Shown piece after piece: positions 32,596 to 43,217 of a DNA stretch of 64,000 bases (position 1 is the first letter of the stretch; each line of letters opens with the position of its first letter). The position numbers were made by a program, and so were the translations under genes. The notes beneath the pieces are model-generated. The model was not told where the DNA came from and made no database searches. It saw only the letters and a list, made by a program, of their open reading frames with translations. Source of the stretch: an uncultured Rivularia sp. (GTDB lineage Bacteria; Cyanobacteriota; Cyanobacteriia; Cyanobacteriales; Nostocaceae); assembly GCA_963665115.1 (NCBI GenBank), contig OY762007.1, forward strand, positions 3,392,001-3,456,000. The letters run 5' to 3'.

Positions 32596-32942
32596 ATGAA
32601 ATGGCTTCAGCAACTCGGACAAAATATTCTGGGATTTTTCCAGACTTTATATGAAACAAAACTTTTTGAGTTGGATGATGGTGAACCTTTTACTTTAGGT
32701 TTATTCATCCAACTAATTTTTTATAGAAACGAGTCGAGGCTCGATTCAAGATTGATAGAGGTATAAAAGAAGCGATAAGCTGATGTGCAGCTAAATTGTA
32801 TAAAACAAAATTTGGTAATTATTGTAGTGCGGGCATCTTGCCCGCTAGTACTATACAAATTAAGTGCGTAACAACTTATCCTCAGTAATTGCTTACTTAA
32901 TTGCTGGAATTGGATTTGTAATTGTTCTTATAAGTGCTGGAA
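32596..32942 (+). pseudogene. Truncated MscS-family channel N-terminus interrupted by a MITE
   Basis: MKWLQQ...FTLGLFIQLIF, then RLKIDRGIKEA[MITE]ISSVIAYLIAGIGFVIVL; the rest is missing. Confidence 0.6.
32776..32878. mobile_element. TA-flanked MITE, copy 2 of 3
   Basis: Same TIRs as 6202. Removing the element and one TA restores GCG ATA TCC (A-I-S). Confidence 0.9.
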
Positions 32943-33149
32943 TTTTTAATTTTTTGTCCTATCTAGCCCAACCTGCGATTTTTATTAAAATGTAATATCC
33001 CTTACAAATAGCACCACAAAAACAAAAAAATATTCTAAATTGTATTCCAGTATCATTTTGAGCTAGTTTTTTTTTGCTATAAATATATTCAATAACAAAT
33101 AGTCATACATTGATTAGACTTATTTCCTGTCAATTCATTGACTTCTCCT

Positions 33150-33599
33150 TAACTTATTATCTCGATTGTGTCTGCTGGATTCCCAAGCCCCGCGCAAGAT
33201 TATTTAGATGGCAAACTTGATTTAAACACCTATTTGATCGAGCATCCAGCAGCATTTTTTTTATAAGGATGAGCAGAGATGCTATGGTTAATGCTGGTAT
33301 TTTTGATCGTGATTTATTAATTGTCGATCGCAGTATTGAACCTGAGAATAATTCTATTATTATCGCCGTATTGAGTATAGAGTTAAGGGTTGACTCCAGT
33401 TAGTGAAAAACAATTGTCTTTGTTTTAAAAAAGCGAATCAGATAAAACGCTCCCAATAACTGATGCAATTAAGAATAAAGACGGGCGCGAAACCATACAG
33501 TTTGCATCATCGGAAATACGTAAAAGATGGCAAATGAAAACCGATTATAAATCGCCGAAATATACTATTAATTAGGATGAATTACCTAAAGTAGGATAA
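33150..33599 (+). pseudogene. Collapsed umuD-umuC remnant
   Basis: VSAGFPSPAQDYLDGKLDLNTYLIEHPAA...AGIFDRDLLIVDRS (UmuD), then DAIKNKDGRETIQFAS...WQMKTDYKSPKYTIN*DELPKV (UmuC tail, DUF4113-like). Stops and frameshifts; most of umuC is deleted. Confidence 0.85.
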
Positions 33600-33755
33600 T
33601 TTTATTTTGGATTTAAGTCTATTATTGCAATATCGATATCGTAATACTTAGGGAGCAAGATACTCCCACTGCTTGTGATATTAAACAAATGTTAATTAGT
33701 ATTAGAAAAAACAACAATTCTGGTATAATTTTTCAAAATTTACATACACAGAAAA

Positions 33756-34523
33756 ATGCCACTAACTAAACGATGTTTGGCTGAGTTTATAGGTACTTTT
33801 TGGCTGGTATTCGGTGGATGCGGTAGTGCAGTTTTAGCTGCTGGATTCATCGCTGACGCTGCAAAAATTGGTGAAGCAGTTGCATTCCCACTCGGAATTG
33901 GATTGGTAGGGGTTTCATTGGCATTTGGTTTAACAGTAATGACAATGGCTTACGCTATTGGACATATCTCAGGATGTCATTTGAATCCAGCTGTATCTAT
34001 CGGTTTAGCAGTCGCAAAACGTTTTCCTTCAAAAGAATTGCCCATGTATATTGGCGCTCAAGTATTTGGTGCAGTAGCCGGTGCTGGAGTGTTAGTATTA
34101 ATAGCTACGGGTAATCCTGAATTTAATTTAGTTACTAGCGGTTTTGCAGCTAATGGTTTTGGCGAACATTCTCCAGGAAAATATACCTTATTATCTTGTT
34201 TTGTTGCTGAATTCGTTTGTACCTTCATGTTTTTGATGATTATTTTAGGTGCAACAGACAATCGCGCTCCAGCAGCTTTAGCACCAATGGCAATTGGTTT
34301 GGGGTTAACCTTAATTCACTTGATCAGCATTCCCGTTACTAATACATCTGTTAATCCCGCTCGCAGTTTAGCACCAGCTTTGTTCGTCGGTGATTGGGCT
34401 ATTGCTCAACTGTGGTTATTCTGGGTTGCGCCAATTTTAGGAGCAGTCGCGGCTGGATTTGTTTACTCAAATGTTTTTGATGTTCCGAAAGTTGAAATAG
34501 AGAGAGATTTCTCTGAAATTTGA
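33756..34523 (+). CDS. aqpZ: Aquaporin Z
   Basis: [35 protein letters not shown]. Confidence 0.97.
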   Translation: MPLTKRCLAEFIGTFWLVFGGCGSAVLAAGFIADAAKIGEAVAFPLGIGLVGVSLAFGLTVMTMAYAIGHISGCHLNPAVSIGLAVAKRFPSKELPMYIGAQVFGAVAGAGVLVLIATGNPEFNLVTSGFAANGFGEHSPGKYTLLSCFVAEFVCTFMFLMIILGATDNRAPAALAPMAIGLGLTLIHLISIPVTNTSVNPARSLAPALFVGDWAIAQLWLFWVAPILGAVAAGFVYSNVFDVPKVEIERDFSEI

Positions 34524-34803
34524 GATTAATTATTGAAGTTTGATAATAAGTGTTCTTGAGTATTTCGGCTAGAGAATCAGTTTTTTTAATTACAATTTTT
34601 TTGTCGTGCGTTTGCGTAGCGTGTCCGTTAGTACAAGCATCTTGCGTGCTATTTTAATTTAATTACCTATTTAATTACCTATTTCATAACCGCAGAGAGC
34701 GCCGAGAGCGCGGAGGTAAGAAAGCTATAGAGAGATACAAATAAATAACACAGTACCAAAACTAACCGTTAGTATAAATAAAATCCTTTATATATCCCCT
34801 TTC

Positions 34804-37800
34804 ATGAAAATGCTTGATACTCTTATTGGTGCGATCGCCGACTTTGCCAAAGATGAATTAAAGCGCAATGAAAGGGTTATTAAACTACTCAAACAATTTA
34901 ATCTAGATCCAGATCATCCTCCGGCGGAGTTTTCTGGTGTTTATAATTATGCTTTGGTTGAGTATGGGGTGGGGAAATCACTGGCAATTTTACAATTTTT
35001 TCGAGAAGACGAAATCCAAAAGGCGTTTCGTAAGGCTTATGATGCTGATAATCCGAATATTGTTATAGAAGAAGTTGAAAAAATTCTCCAACCCGATGAA
35101 TGGAATATTTTAGAAGAAGGAATTCGGGAAGAACAAATTGATGTATTGCACGAATTAGCGGAATTTAGCGCCGTTTTTCTCAAAGTTGTAGAATTAAGCC
35201 GTACTCCTGCTGAAGTTCAGAGAGACAGAAATATTGCGAGTTTGCAACAGGAATTGTCAACAATTAAGCAGCACTTGCATCAACTAGGAACCCTCAAAGA
35301 AATTAGCACCGAATTAGCAAAATTAACTAAACGACATTTGGAGAAACCTCACCCCGCCTTCGGCACCCCTCTCCTTACTAAGGAGAGGGGAAGGGGTGAG
35401 GTTAAACAACCAAAATGCAAAGCCGAAAATCTAGCCACACAGTTACAAGGTTGGTTTAAAACCCTCGGTTATCAATTTGAAAAATATCGAGTTTGGAAAG
35501 CAGATTATTTTGAATTAATTATCAAAATCCAAGGTAGAAGACGCTTCGATCGGATTTTGGTAAGGGGAATTGATGGAGAAGCAGAAATTAGCGATTTGAT
35601 AGCTTTGCGTCAATCTGCGACATCTCAAAAAACCGATGAAGGCTGGTTAATAGCTGCACGTCGGGTTTCTCGTGCTGCAAGGGATGAGGTAAATAAAGAT
35701 GAAAATGAAAATTTATTTTGCTATACCCTTGACGAACTTATTGATGAAACTGCCGATTTTACTAACTATATCAACTGGTTAGAAGCCGAGGTAAAACAAC
35801 GTAAAATCGATGAAATGTACGTTCCCTTAGCTTGTACCAAAGAAGAATTTGACCCCATCACGAAACATAAAATGGGGATTAGTCGCTACGACGAACAAGA
35901 TGGATGGATAGATGGTTACGTCGATACGTGGATAGATGACCCTGCAAAGGAGCATCTTTCTATATTAGGGGAATTTGGTACGGGAAAAACATGGTTTGCT
36001 TTGAATTATGCTTGGAATGCACTTTTGAAGTATAAGGAAGCTAAACGAAAAGGTTTAACACGTCCACGTTTACCGTTGGTTATCTTGTTGCGAGATTACG
36101 CCAAAGCTTTGGATGTGGAAAACGTCATGGCTGGTTTTTTCTATTCCCAACACGAAATCAGCTTAAATAGTTCCGTCTTTGAACAACTCAACCGCATGGG
36201 GAAACTGTTATTAATCTTTGACGGTTTTGATGAGATGGCAGCCAAAGTTGATAAACAACAGATGGTAAACAACTTTTGGGAATTAGCCAAAGTAGTAGTT
36301 CCCGGAGCAAAAGTTATACTTACCTGTCGTACCGAACATTTTCCCGAAGCCAAGCAGGGACGCAGTTTATTAAACGCAGAGTTACGTGCATCAGTTGCTA
36401 ATTTAACCGCCGAATCTCCGCAATTTGAAGTATTGGAATTAGAGAAATTCAGCGACGCACAAATAAGACAGGTATTTTCTCATGTTGCCAATAGCGACAC
36501 CGTAGACAAGATAATGCACAATCCCCAACTTCTAGATTTAGCACGTCGTCCGGTGATGAGCGACTTAATTTTAGAAGCATTACCAGATATCGAAGCTGGG
36601 AAACCAGTGGATATGTCGCGGGTTTACTTGTATGCAGTGCGACGAAAAATGGAAAGGGATATCAAATCGGAAAGAACATTTACATCTTTGGCAGATAAAA
36701 TGTATTTCCTGTGTGAAATCGCTTGGGAAATGCTTTCAAATGACCAAATGAGTTTGAATTATCGGTTGTTTCCCGATAGGATTCGGCGGTTATTTGGTTC
36801 GGCAGTTGAGGAACAAAAAGATTTAGATCATTGGCATTATGACATGATGGGGCAAACCATGTTGGTGCGGAATGCCGACGGTGATTACACTCCAGCCCAT
36901 CGTTCGTTGTTAGAGTTTTTTGTAGCTTATAAGTTTGCTGGGGAGTTGGGGGTTTTGGCTGATGATTTTGTGGAAGTTGTCAGAAACAGAGTTGGTGAGA
37001 AGGAAAATACTATAGCATTAGAGTTTTCTTGGGGAGAGTATTTTCAAAGTTATAGAGCTGCTGCTCTAGATTATCGATTAAAAAACCGCAGAGACGCAGA
37101 GGAAGGAAGTATAGAGGAGTTAAAGTGTTTTAAATGTGAATCTTTGGAGAAATCAAGAGAGACAGTTGGGAAAGCACCTTTGACGAAAGCGGTTTTAGAT
37201 TTATTGGTGGGGATGGTTGATGAGGGAAGTGTTGGGGAGAAGTTGTTAGAAGTTATTGAAGAGACGAAGGGGAAGAGGGAAGCTGAGGTTGGTTATGTTG
37301 GGGGGAATGCTGCGACTTTGTTGGTGAAGGTGGATAAAACGGGTTTGGAAGAAAAGGATTTATCTGGTGCGGTGGTTAAAGGTGGGGATTTTGCAGATGC
37401 TAGTCTACGTTGTGTTAATTTTAGCCAGACAAAATTAATTGATTCTACTTTTATCAAACCTTTCAGCTTAGTTTTATCTCTAGTATTTAGCCCAGATGAT
37501 AAATTATTGGTGACTGGTGGTGCTGATGGAGAAATTCGTTTTTGGGAAGTAGATTCAGGTAAACAGATTTCTAGTTTTAGAGCGCATAATAGTTGGATTA
37601 GTTGGATTGCTTTTAGTCCTAATGGAAAAATAATTGCTAGTAGTAGCCGTTCCAATGTTATCAAACTATGGAATTTTAACACTGGAGAACGCTTAAGTAC
37701 TTTAAGAGGACATACTGACAAAGCACGGCAAATATCTTTTAATCACAATGGTACTATTCTTGCCAGTAGTAGCGATGACCAAACAATAAAACTTTGGGAT

Positions 37801-39324
37801 GTTATTACAGGGAAATCTATAAATACTTTGGAAGGACATACTAGTCCAATATGGAGAGTCAAAATTGCTCCTGACGATAAAATTTTAGTCAGCGGTAGTT
37901 CCGATTCTTCCTTAAAAATCTGGGATATTTCCACCGGAACTTGTCTAAAAACCTTAGAGGAGCATAAGGATAGTATTCTTTCCATTGCATTTAGCCATCA
38001 CAGCAAAAGCTTTGCAAGTGGAAGTAAAGATAAAACAATAAAACTCTGGAATCCAAATACAGGTAAATGTATCAAAAATTTAATCAGTCATACAGACACA
38101 ATACGTTCTTTAGCTTTTAGTCAAGATGATAAAACTATTTTTAGTGGCAGTACTGACAATACTATTAAAATTTGGTCTGTTGATGATGGGGAATGTTTAC
38201 AAACAATAAAAGGGCATAATTCCAGAGTTAGAAAAATTGCTCTCAATTCTCGGGATACAGTAATTGCTAGTTGCAGCGATGACCAAACAATCAAACTTTG
38301 GGATACCAATACTGGAGAATGCTTAAAAACTTTACAGGGATGCAGCCATTGGGTAGTATCTGTAACGGTTAGTCCCGATGGTAAAACTATTATCAGTGGT
38401 AATAATAATCAAACAATAAAATATTGGGATATCAATACCGGATATTGCTTCAAAACTTTAAAAGGACATGATAGATGGGTTACTGAAGTAACTATGAGTC
38501 CTAACGGTAAAATGGTAGCTAGTAGTAGTGGCGATCGCACTATAAAAATTTGGGATTTTCATACCGGAAATCATCTGAAAACTTTAGAGGGACATCATAG
38601 TCCAGTATCAGATGTAGTTTTTAGTCCTGATGGTTTAACTCTTGCTAGTACCAGTCACGATAAAACTGTCAAATTATGGGAACTTAAAACGGGGAAGTGT
38701 TTGCAAACTTTTCAAGTACACACTTATTGGGTAAACTCAGTTGTATTTAGTTCTGAAAACAGAATTATAGTTAGTGGAAGTAGCGACTGGACTATAAAAT
38801 TCTGGGATATCAATTCTGGAAAATGCATCAGGACTTTAACAGAACATAATGCTGCCATATTCTCATTAGTGATGTCTCCCGACGGAATAACCCTAGCAAG
38901 TGGTAGTCAAGACGGAACAATCAAATTATGGAATATTCATACTGGTCAATGTTTAAAAACTTTGCAGGTAAAAGATACTCATTGTGGAATAAAATCAGTC
39001 AAATTTAGTCACGACGGTTCCTTAATTGCAGCTGGAAATCTCGAACAAAAAATCAAAATATGGGATTTTCACACAGGTGAATGCATCAAAACTTTAAAAG
39101 GTCATACAAATAGAGTTGTATCAGTTGCTTTTACCCCAGATGATAAATTATTAGTTAGTGGTAGCTACGACGAAACCATAAAAATCTGGAACATCGAAAC
39201 GGGTGAATGCATAAAAACCCTTAGCAACAAACCCTACGCAAACATGAACATCACCAACGCTACAGGATTAACCCCAGAACAAAAATCCTCACTCAAAGCA
39301 TTAGGAGCGGTAGAAGAATTATAA
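34804..39324 (+). CDS. NACHT NTPase with N-terminal REase-like domain, pentapeptide stretch and 14 WD40 repeats
   Basis: Walker A GEFGTGKT, Walker B LLIFDGFDE, ILTCR; 14 countable GH...WD-type repeats. Confidence 0.92.
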   Translation: MKMLDTLIGAIADFAKDELKRNERVIKLLKQFNLDPDHPPAEFSGVYNYALVEYGVGKSLAILQFFREDEIQKAFRKAYDADNPNIVIEEVEKILQPDEWNILEEGIREEQIDVLHELAEFSAVFLKVVELSRTPAEVQRDRNIASLQQELSTIKQHLHQLGTLKEISTELAKLTKRHLEKPHPAFGTPLLTKERGRGEVKQPKCKAENLATQLQGWFKTLGYQFEKYRVWKADYFELIIKIQGRRRFDRILVRGIDGEAEISDLIALRQSATSQKTDEGWLIAARRVSRAARDEVNKDENENLFCYTLDELIDETADFTNYINWLEAEVKQRKIDEMYVPLACTKEEFDPITKHKMGISRYDEQDGWIDGYVDTWIDDPAKEHLSILGEFGTGKTWFALNYAWNALLKYKEAKRKGLTRPRLPLVILLRDYAKALDVENVMAGFFYSQHEISLNSSVFEQLNRMGKLLLIFDGFDEMAAKVDKQQMVNNFWELAKVVVPGAKVILTCRTEHFPEAKQGRSLLNAELRASVANLTAESPQFEVLELEKFSDAQIRQVFSHVANSDTVDKIMHNPQLLDLARRPVMSDLILEALPDIEAGKPVDMSRVYLYAVRRKMERDIKSERTFTSLADKMYFLCEIAWEMLSNDQMSLNYRLFPDRIRRLFGSAVEEQKDLDHWHYDMMGQTMLVRNADGDYTPAHRSLLEFFVAYKFAGELGVLADDFVEVVRNRVGEKENTIALEFSWGEYFQSYRAAALDYRLKNRRDAEEGSIEELKCFKCESLEKSRETVGKAPLTKAVLDLLVGMVDEGSVGEKLLEVIEETKGKREAEVGYVGGNAATLLVKVDKTGLEEKDLSGAVVKGGDFADASLRCVNFSQTKLIDSTFIKPFSLVLSLVFSPDDKLLVTGGADGEIRFWEVDSGKQISSFRAHNSWISWIAFSPNGKIIASSSRSNVIKLWNFNTGERLSTLRGHTDKARQISFNHNGTILASSSDDQTIKLWDVITGKSINTLEGHTSPIWRVKIAPDDKILVSGSSDSSLKIWDISTGTCLKTLEEHKDSILSIAFSHHSKSFASGSKDKTIKLWNPNTGKCIKNLISHTDTIRSLAFSQDDKTIFSGSTDNTIKIWSVDDGECLQTIKGHNSRVRKIALNSRDTVIASCSDDQTIKLWDTNTGECLKTLQGCSHWVVSVTVSPDGKTIISGNNNQTIKYWDINTGYCFKTLKGHDRWVTEVTMSPNGKMVASSSGDRTIKIWDFHTGNHLKTLEGHHSPVSDVVFSPDGLTLASTSHDKTVKLWELKTGKCLQTFQVHTYWVNSVVFSSENRIIVSGSSDWTIKFWDINSGKCIRTLTEHNAAIFSLVMSPDGITLASGSQDGTIKLWNIHTGQCLKTLQVKDTHCGIKSVKFSHDGSLIAAGNLEQKIKIWDFHTGECIKTLKGHTNRVVSVAFTPDDKLLVSGSYDETIKIWNIETGECIKTLSNKPYANMNITNATGLTPEQKSSLKALGAVEEL

Positions 39325-39384
39325 GTGAGGAGTTAGGAGTTATGAGTTAAAAACCTTTGACCTTTGACCTTTAACCTTATTATC

Positions 39385-39618
39385 ATGAACAACTTAAACA
39401 TAAATGAACCAATTAATACCCAATTAGTAGAATCTTTAATACAACTTATTCACTCACTTTCTCCAGCAGAACAAGCTTTACTACAAACAAAATTACTTAG
39501 CGATATTCCGTATCCTTCAAATAATGAACTCACACATCTTATCGAAAGTGGTGGTGCATTAGATTTTCTTAACGATGAACCAGATATCTACACAAATGCA
39601 GATGGAGAAGCAGTTTAA
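39385..39618 (+). CDS. Putative antitoxin
   Basis: Small protein with acidic C-terminus (LDFLNDEPDIY); stop overlaps the toxin start (TAATG). Confidence 0.65.
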   Translation: MNNLNINEPINTQLVESLIQLIHSLSPAEQALLQTKLLSDIPYPSNNELTHLIESGGALDFLNDEPDIYTNADGEAV

Positions 39619-39965
39619 TGACTTTAAGCAAAGGTGATATTGTTCTGGTTCAATTTCCATTTACTGATTTGAGTCAAACTAAATTACGTCCTGCTTTAAT
39701 TTTATACTCCAACTCTGCAACTAATGATATTACTCTATGCTTTATTTCATCTCAAAATGTTAATCATTTGACTTCAGAAGAGTTTGCAATTAAAGATTCA
39801 GATGCAGAATTTTCTGATACTAGTTTACGAGTTTCATCAAAAGTTAGAGTAACTCGAATCGCAACTCTGAATAAATCATTAATTGTTAGACGTTTAGGAA
39901 AATTAGGAACTCAGTATATAGAAATGTTGAATACAATTCTGAAACAAGTTTTTCAATTGCCTTGA
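39618..39965 (+). CDS. PemK/MazF family toxin
   Basis: GDIVLVQFPFTDLSQTKLRPALI signature. Confidence 0.9.
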   Translation: MTLSKGDIVLVQFPFTDLSQTKLRPALILYSNSATNDITLCFISSQNVNHLTSEEFAIKDSDAEFSDTSLRVSSKVRVTRIATLNKSLIVRRLGKLGTQYIEMLNTILKQVFQLP

Positions 39966-40008
39966 AGCCAAATCGTTTAAAATGAAATTATCTCAACTAT
40001 TTGATATC

Positions 40009-40497
40009 TTAATAAGTTAATAGCCCACGCAGGTTGGCTTTGTTTCTGTAGCCCCACACATAAGAGTCTGAGGGCGATTGCTTCTCCACTTCCAACCCCT
40101 CATCCCTCCAACCAGACATATCACCTTCCAAGTGTAAAACTTCCGTAAAACCAGCTTTTTTCAAACTCTCTTCAGCAATATTTGCTCTTACTCCTCGTTC
40201 GCAATAAACAATTATTTTATCCTTTTTACCCAAATTACGAACTTCATCAATCCGGAATGGTAATTCTCGATATTCTATATTAATTGCTCCTGGAATATGA
40301 CCTTGTAAATATTCCTCAGAAGTACGCACATCTAAAATTACAGGTGCTTTCTCTGCTTGAATCAGTTCAATTAATTCGGTTGAACTAATTTGCGTATTTG
40401 CAGCAATTGTACTTTGACAAGCAGTAATATTTATACAAATAATAAGTACTATAAACAACAATACAAAACGTTTATAAATAGTTTGTAATAATTTCAT
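40009..40497 (-). CDS. Rhodanese-domain protein, probable lipoprotein
   Basis: ITAC lipobox-like motif; ILDVRT..EY..GHIPGA; VYCERGVRA; LEGDMSGW. Confidence 0.9.
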   Translation of the reverse strand: MKLLQTIYKRFVLLFIVLIICINITACQSTIAANTQISSTELIELIQAEKAPVILDVRTSEEYLQGHIPGAINIEYRELPFRIDEVRNLGKKDKIIVYCERGVRANIAEESLKKAGFTEVLHLEGDMSGWRDEGLEVEKQSPSDSYVWGYRNKANLRGLLTY

Positions 40498-40656
40498 TAT
40501 CAATTACCTAAAAAAATGAACCAAGCAAGAAAACTGTTTTAAACAAACATAGTTTTAATTACTGTGTTGTTGATAACTTCGCTTATCTGATGTTAAGTGC
40601 TATTGTTTTCAAAATTAATTTTAACTGCTAATTAGCATTGGGATATATATATAATT

Positions 40657-41340
40657 ATGTTATTTCGTCAACTTATTGACTCCGAATCAAGTACCTATAC
40701 TTATTTAATCGGCGATCGCCATACTAAACAAGCAGTAATTGTAGACTCGGTGTTAGAACAATTTGAACGAGATACAAATTTATTAAACGAATTTGGATTA
40801 AATCTACGTTATTGTTTGGATACTCACATTCATGCCGACCACATTACCGCTACGGGAAAACTCCGTCAAGCTACAGGTTGTCTGAGCATTTTACCGAAAA
40901 ATTCTAAGGTGAAATGCGCTGATAGTTTTATACAGCACGGACAAGTATTACAAATTGGTGCAGTCACCATTGAAGCAATTTCAACTCCCGGACATACTAA
41001 CAGCCATATGGCTTATCTGATCAACAATACTCACTTATTAACTGGGGACGCTTTATTTATTCGCGGTTGCGGAAGAACCGATTTTCAAGACGGGGATGCA
41101 GGAACTTTATACGACTGCATTACCAAAAGATTGTTTACCCTACCTGACGAAACCTTAGTTTATCCCGCTCACGATTACAAAGGATGCACTGTTTCCACAA
41201 TTGCGGAAGAAAAACAGTTTAATCCCCGATTCGCAGGAAAAACCCGCGATGATTTTATTAAATTCATGGAAAATCTCAATCTTCCCTTTCCCCAAAAAAT
41301 GAAACAAGTAGTACCAGCAAATCGGAATTGCGGAATGTAA
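40657..41340 (+). CDS. MBL-fold persulfide dioxygenase (ETHE1-like)
   Basis: MLFRQL, STYTYL, THIHADHIT, TPGHT, GCGRTDFQ, YPAHDY. Confidence 0.93.
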   Translation: MLFRQLIDSESSTYTYLIGDRHTKQAVIVDSVLEQFERDTNLLNEFGLNLRYCLDTHIHADHITATGKLRQATGCLSILPKNSKVKCADSFIQHGQVLQIGAVTIEAISTPGHTNSHMAYLINNTHLLTGDALFIRGCGRTDFQDGDAGTLYDCITKRLFTLPDETLVYPAHDYKGCTVSTIAEEKQFNPRFAGKTRDDFIKFMENLNLPFPQKMKQVVPANRNCGM

Positions 41341-41654
41341 TTACAGTGAACAGTTATCAGTTAGCACTTAAGGGACTTCCAAATAAAAAAATATTTAATT
41401 TAGTAGTGCGTTAGATAAATTAAATTATTTTTTAAAATTCTTAATTCCCCCTCTCCTCCTCTTCCCCCTCTCCCCCTCTTCCCCCTCTCCCCCTCTCTCC
41501 TTGTCTCCCCCTCTCCCCCATCCCCCGACACATTGTCATACATTAAGAAATATAAAAATACTGTCACGCTTACGGGGATTTACTGCTTACCTAGTGGGTG
41601 GCAAAGCTGACACGTCAAAAGTGAAAGCAGGCAAGAAGGGCTATTTTTATATTT

Positions 41655-43097
41655 ATGGAAATTTTATCTAATACACTAGCGCTGTCGCGAATGCAGTTTG
41701 CGTTGACGGCGATTTTTCATATGTTATGGCCTGTTTTAACTACGGGCTTGGGAATTTACTTAGTTGTTGTGGAAGGTTTGTGGTTAAAGACACGCAATAA
41801 AGATTACTATTTTCACGCTCGTTTTTGGTCGAAGCTTTACGTTCTCAATTTTGGGATTGGTGTAGCTAGCGGAATTCCGATGGAGTTTCAGTTTGGCACT
41901 AATTGGGGGCCGCTTTCGGAAGCTATTGGTAATTTTTTTGGCAGCGTTATCGGTTTTGAAGCTTCGTGGGCTTTTATGTTGGAAGCCGCTTTTTTAGGAA
42001 TTATGGTGTTTGGTTGGGAACGAGTTAACCCAAAAATTCACTATATGGCGACGATTTTGGTTGCTTTCGGCGCTAATCTTTCAACTTTGTTCATTCTGTC
42101 GGCAAATTCTTGGTTGCAAACTCCCGCTGGTGGAAGTTTTATTAATGGTGAGTTTGTAGTTAGCGATTATTTCAAAGCTGTATTTAATCCTTTTATGGCT
42201 GTGAGTGTTTCTCATATGTTCCTTGGGACTTTAGAAACTTCGCTGTTTGTAATTGGTGGAATCAGTGCTTGGTATATTTTCAACAAGCGGAATCCAGCCT
42301 TCTTTTCAATTGCCTTGAAGATTGCGATCGCGGTTGCAATTATTGTCGCACCTCTACAAATTTGGGTGGGGCATTTAAGCGGCGAGCAGGTTTATCATTA
42401 TCAACCTTCTAAGTTAGCGGCGATGGAAGCGCAATGGGAAACCACACCAGCGGGGGAAAGCGCTGATTGGAGTTTGTTAGCAATACCCGATGAAAAAGCG
42501 GAAAAAAATAGTTGGGAAATTACCGTTCCTAATGCTTTAGGATTTATCTTGGAATTCAAGCAGAAACTTTCGGAACCCGTGCAGGGTTTGAAGACATGGA
42601 AGCCGGAAGATAGACCGCACATGGTAGGGTTAATTTACTATGCTTTCCGTACCATGATTGGGATTGGTTTCTTCTTTGCGGGATTGATGTCATTAAGTGT
42701 AATTCAGTGGTTGCGCGGAAAGCTATCGGCAGAAAATATAACTGGGCAAAGTTGGTTGATGGTTGGTTGGATTTTCGCCGCACCGTTGGGTTATATCGCG
42801 GTAGAATCTGGATGGATAGTACGTTGCGTCGGCAGACAACCTTGGACTGTATACAACGAAATTCGTACAGTTGATGCAGTCTCAAATATTCCACCTGGAA
42901 ACGTTCTCACAACTCTTTTGTGCTTCGCAACCGTTTACAGCGTTTTATTTATAGCTGCCTTATATTTCGGTAGTCGCATCATCCGTAGAGGTCCCAACTT
43001 TAATTTACCAGTACCGGGAGTAGAAGAAAAACCCGCAGTGGGAACCACACCAGCGCAATTTATCCCCGACGAGCGCCCTGCGGAAGCACAGCAGTGA
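41655..43097 (+). CDS. cydA: Cytochrome bd quinol oxidase subunit I
   Basis: RMQFALTAIFH, EFQFGTNW, QPSKLAAME, GRQPW. Confidence 0.98.
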   Translation: MEILSNTLALSRMQFALTAIFHMLWPVLTTGLGIYLVVVEGLWLKTRNKDYYFHARFWSKLYVLNFGIGVASGIPMEFQFGTNWGPLSEAIGNFFGSVIGFEASWAFMLEAAFLGIMVFGWERVNPKIHYMATILVAFGANLSTLFILSANSWLQTPAGGSFINGEFVVSDYFKAVFNPFMAVSVSHMFLGTLETSLFVIGGISAWYIFNKRNPAFFSIALKIAIAVAIIVAPLQIWVGHLSGEQVYHYQPSKLAAMEAQWETTPAGESADWSLLAIPDEKAEKNSWEITVPNALGFILEFKQKLSEPVQGLKTWKPEDRPHMVGLIYYAFRTMIGIGFFFAGLMSLSVIQWLRGKLSAENITGQSWLMVGWIFAAPLGYIAVESGWIVRCVGRQPWTVYNEIRTVDAVSNIPPGNVLTTLLCFATVYSVLFIAALYFGSRIIRRGPNFNLPVPGVEEKPAVGTTPAQFIPDERPAEAQQ

Positions 43098-43217
43098 GCA
43101 GTGAAAAGTTATGAGTAGTGAGTAGTGAGTAGTGAGTAGTGAGTTAAAGACATTTGATTTTCTCCTTGTCTCCCTATCTCCTTGTCTCCCCATTTTCCCC
43201 CTCTCCCCTTAATTATC

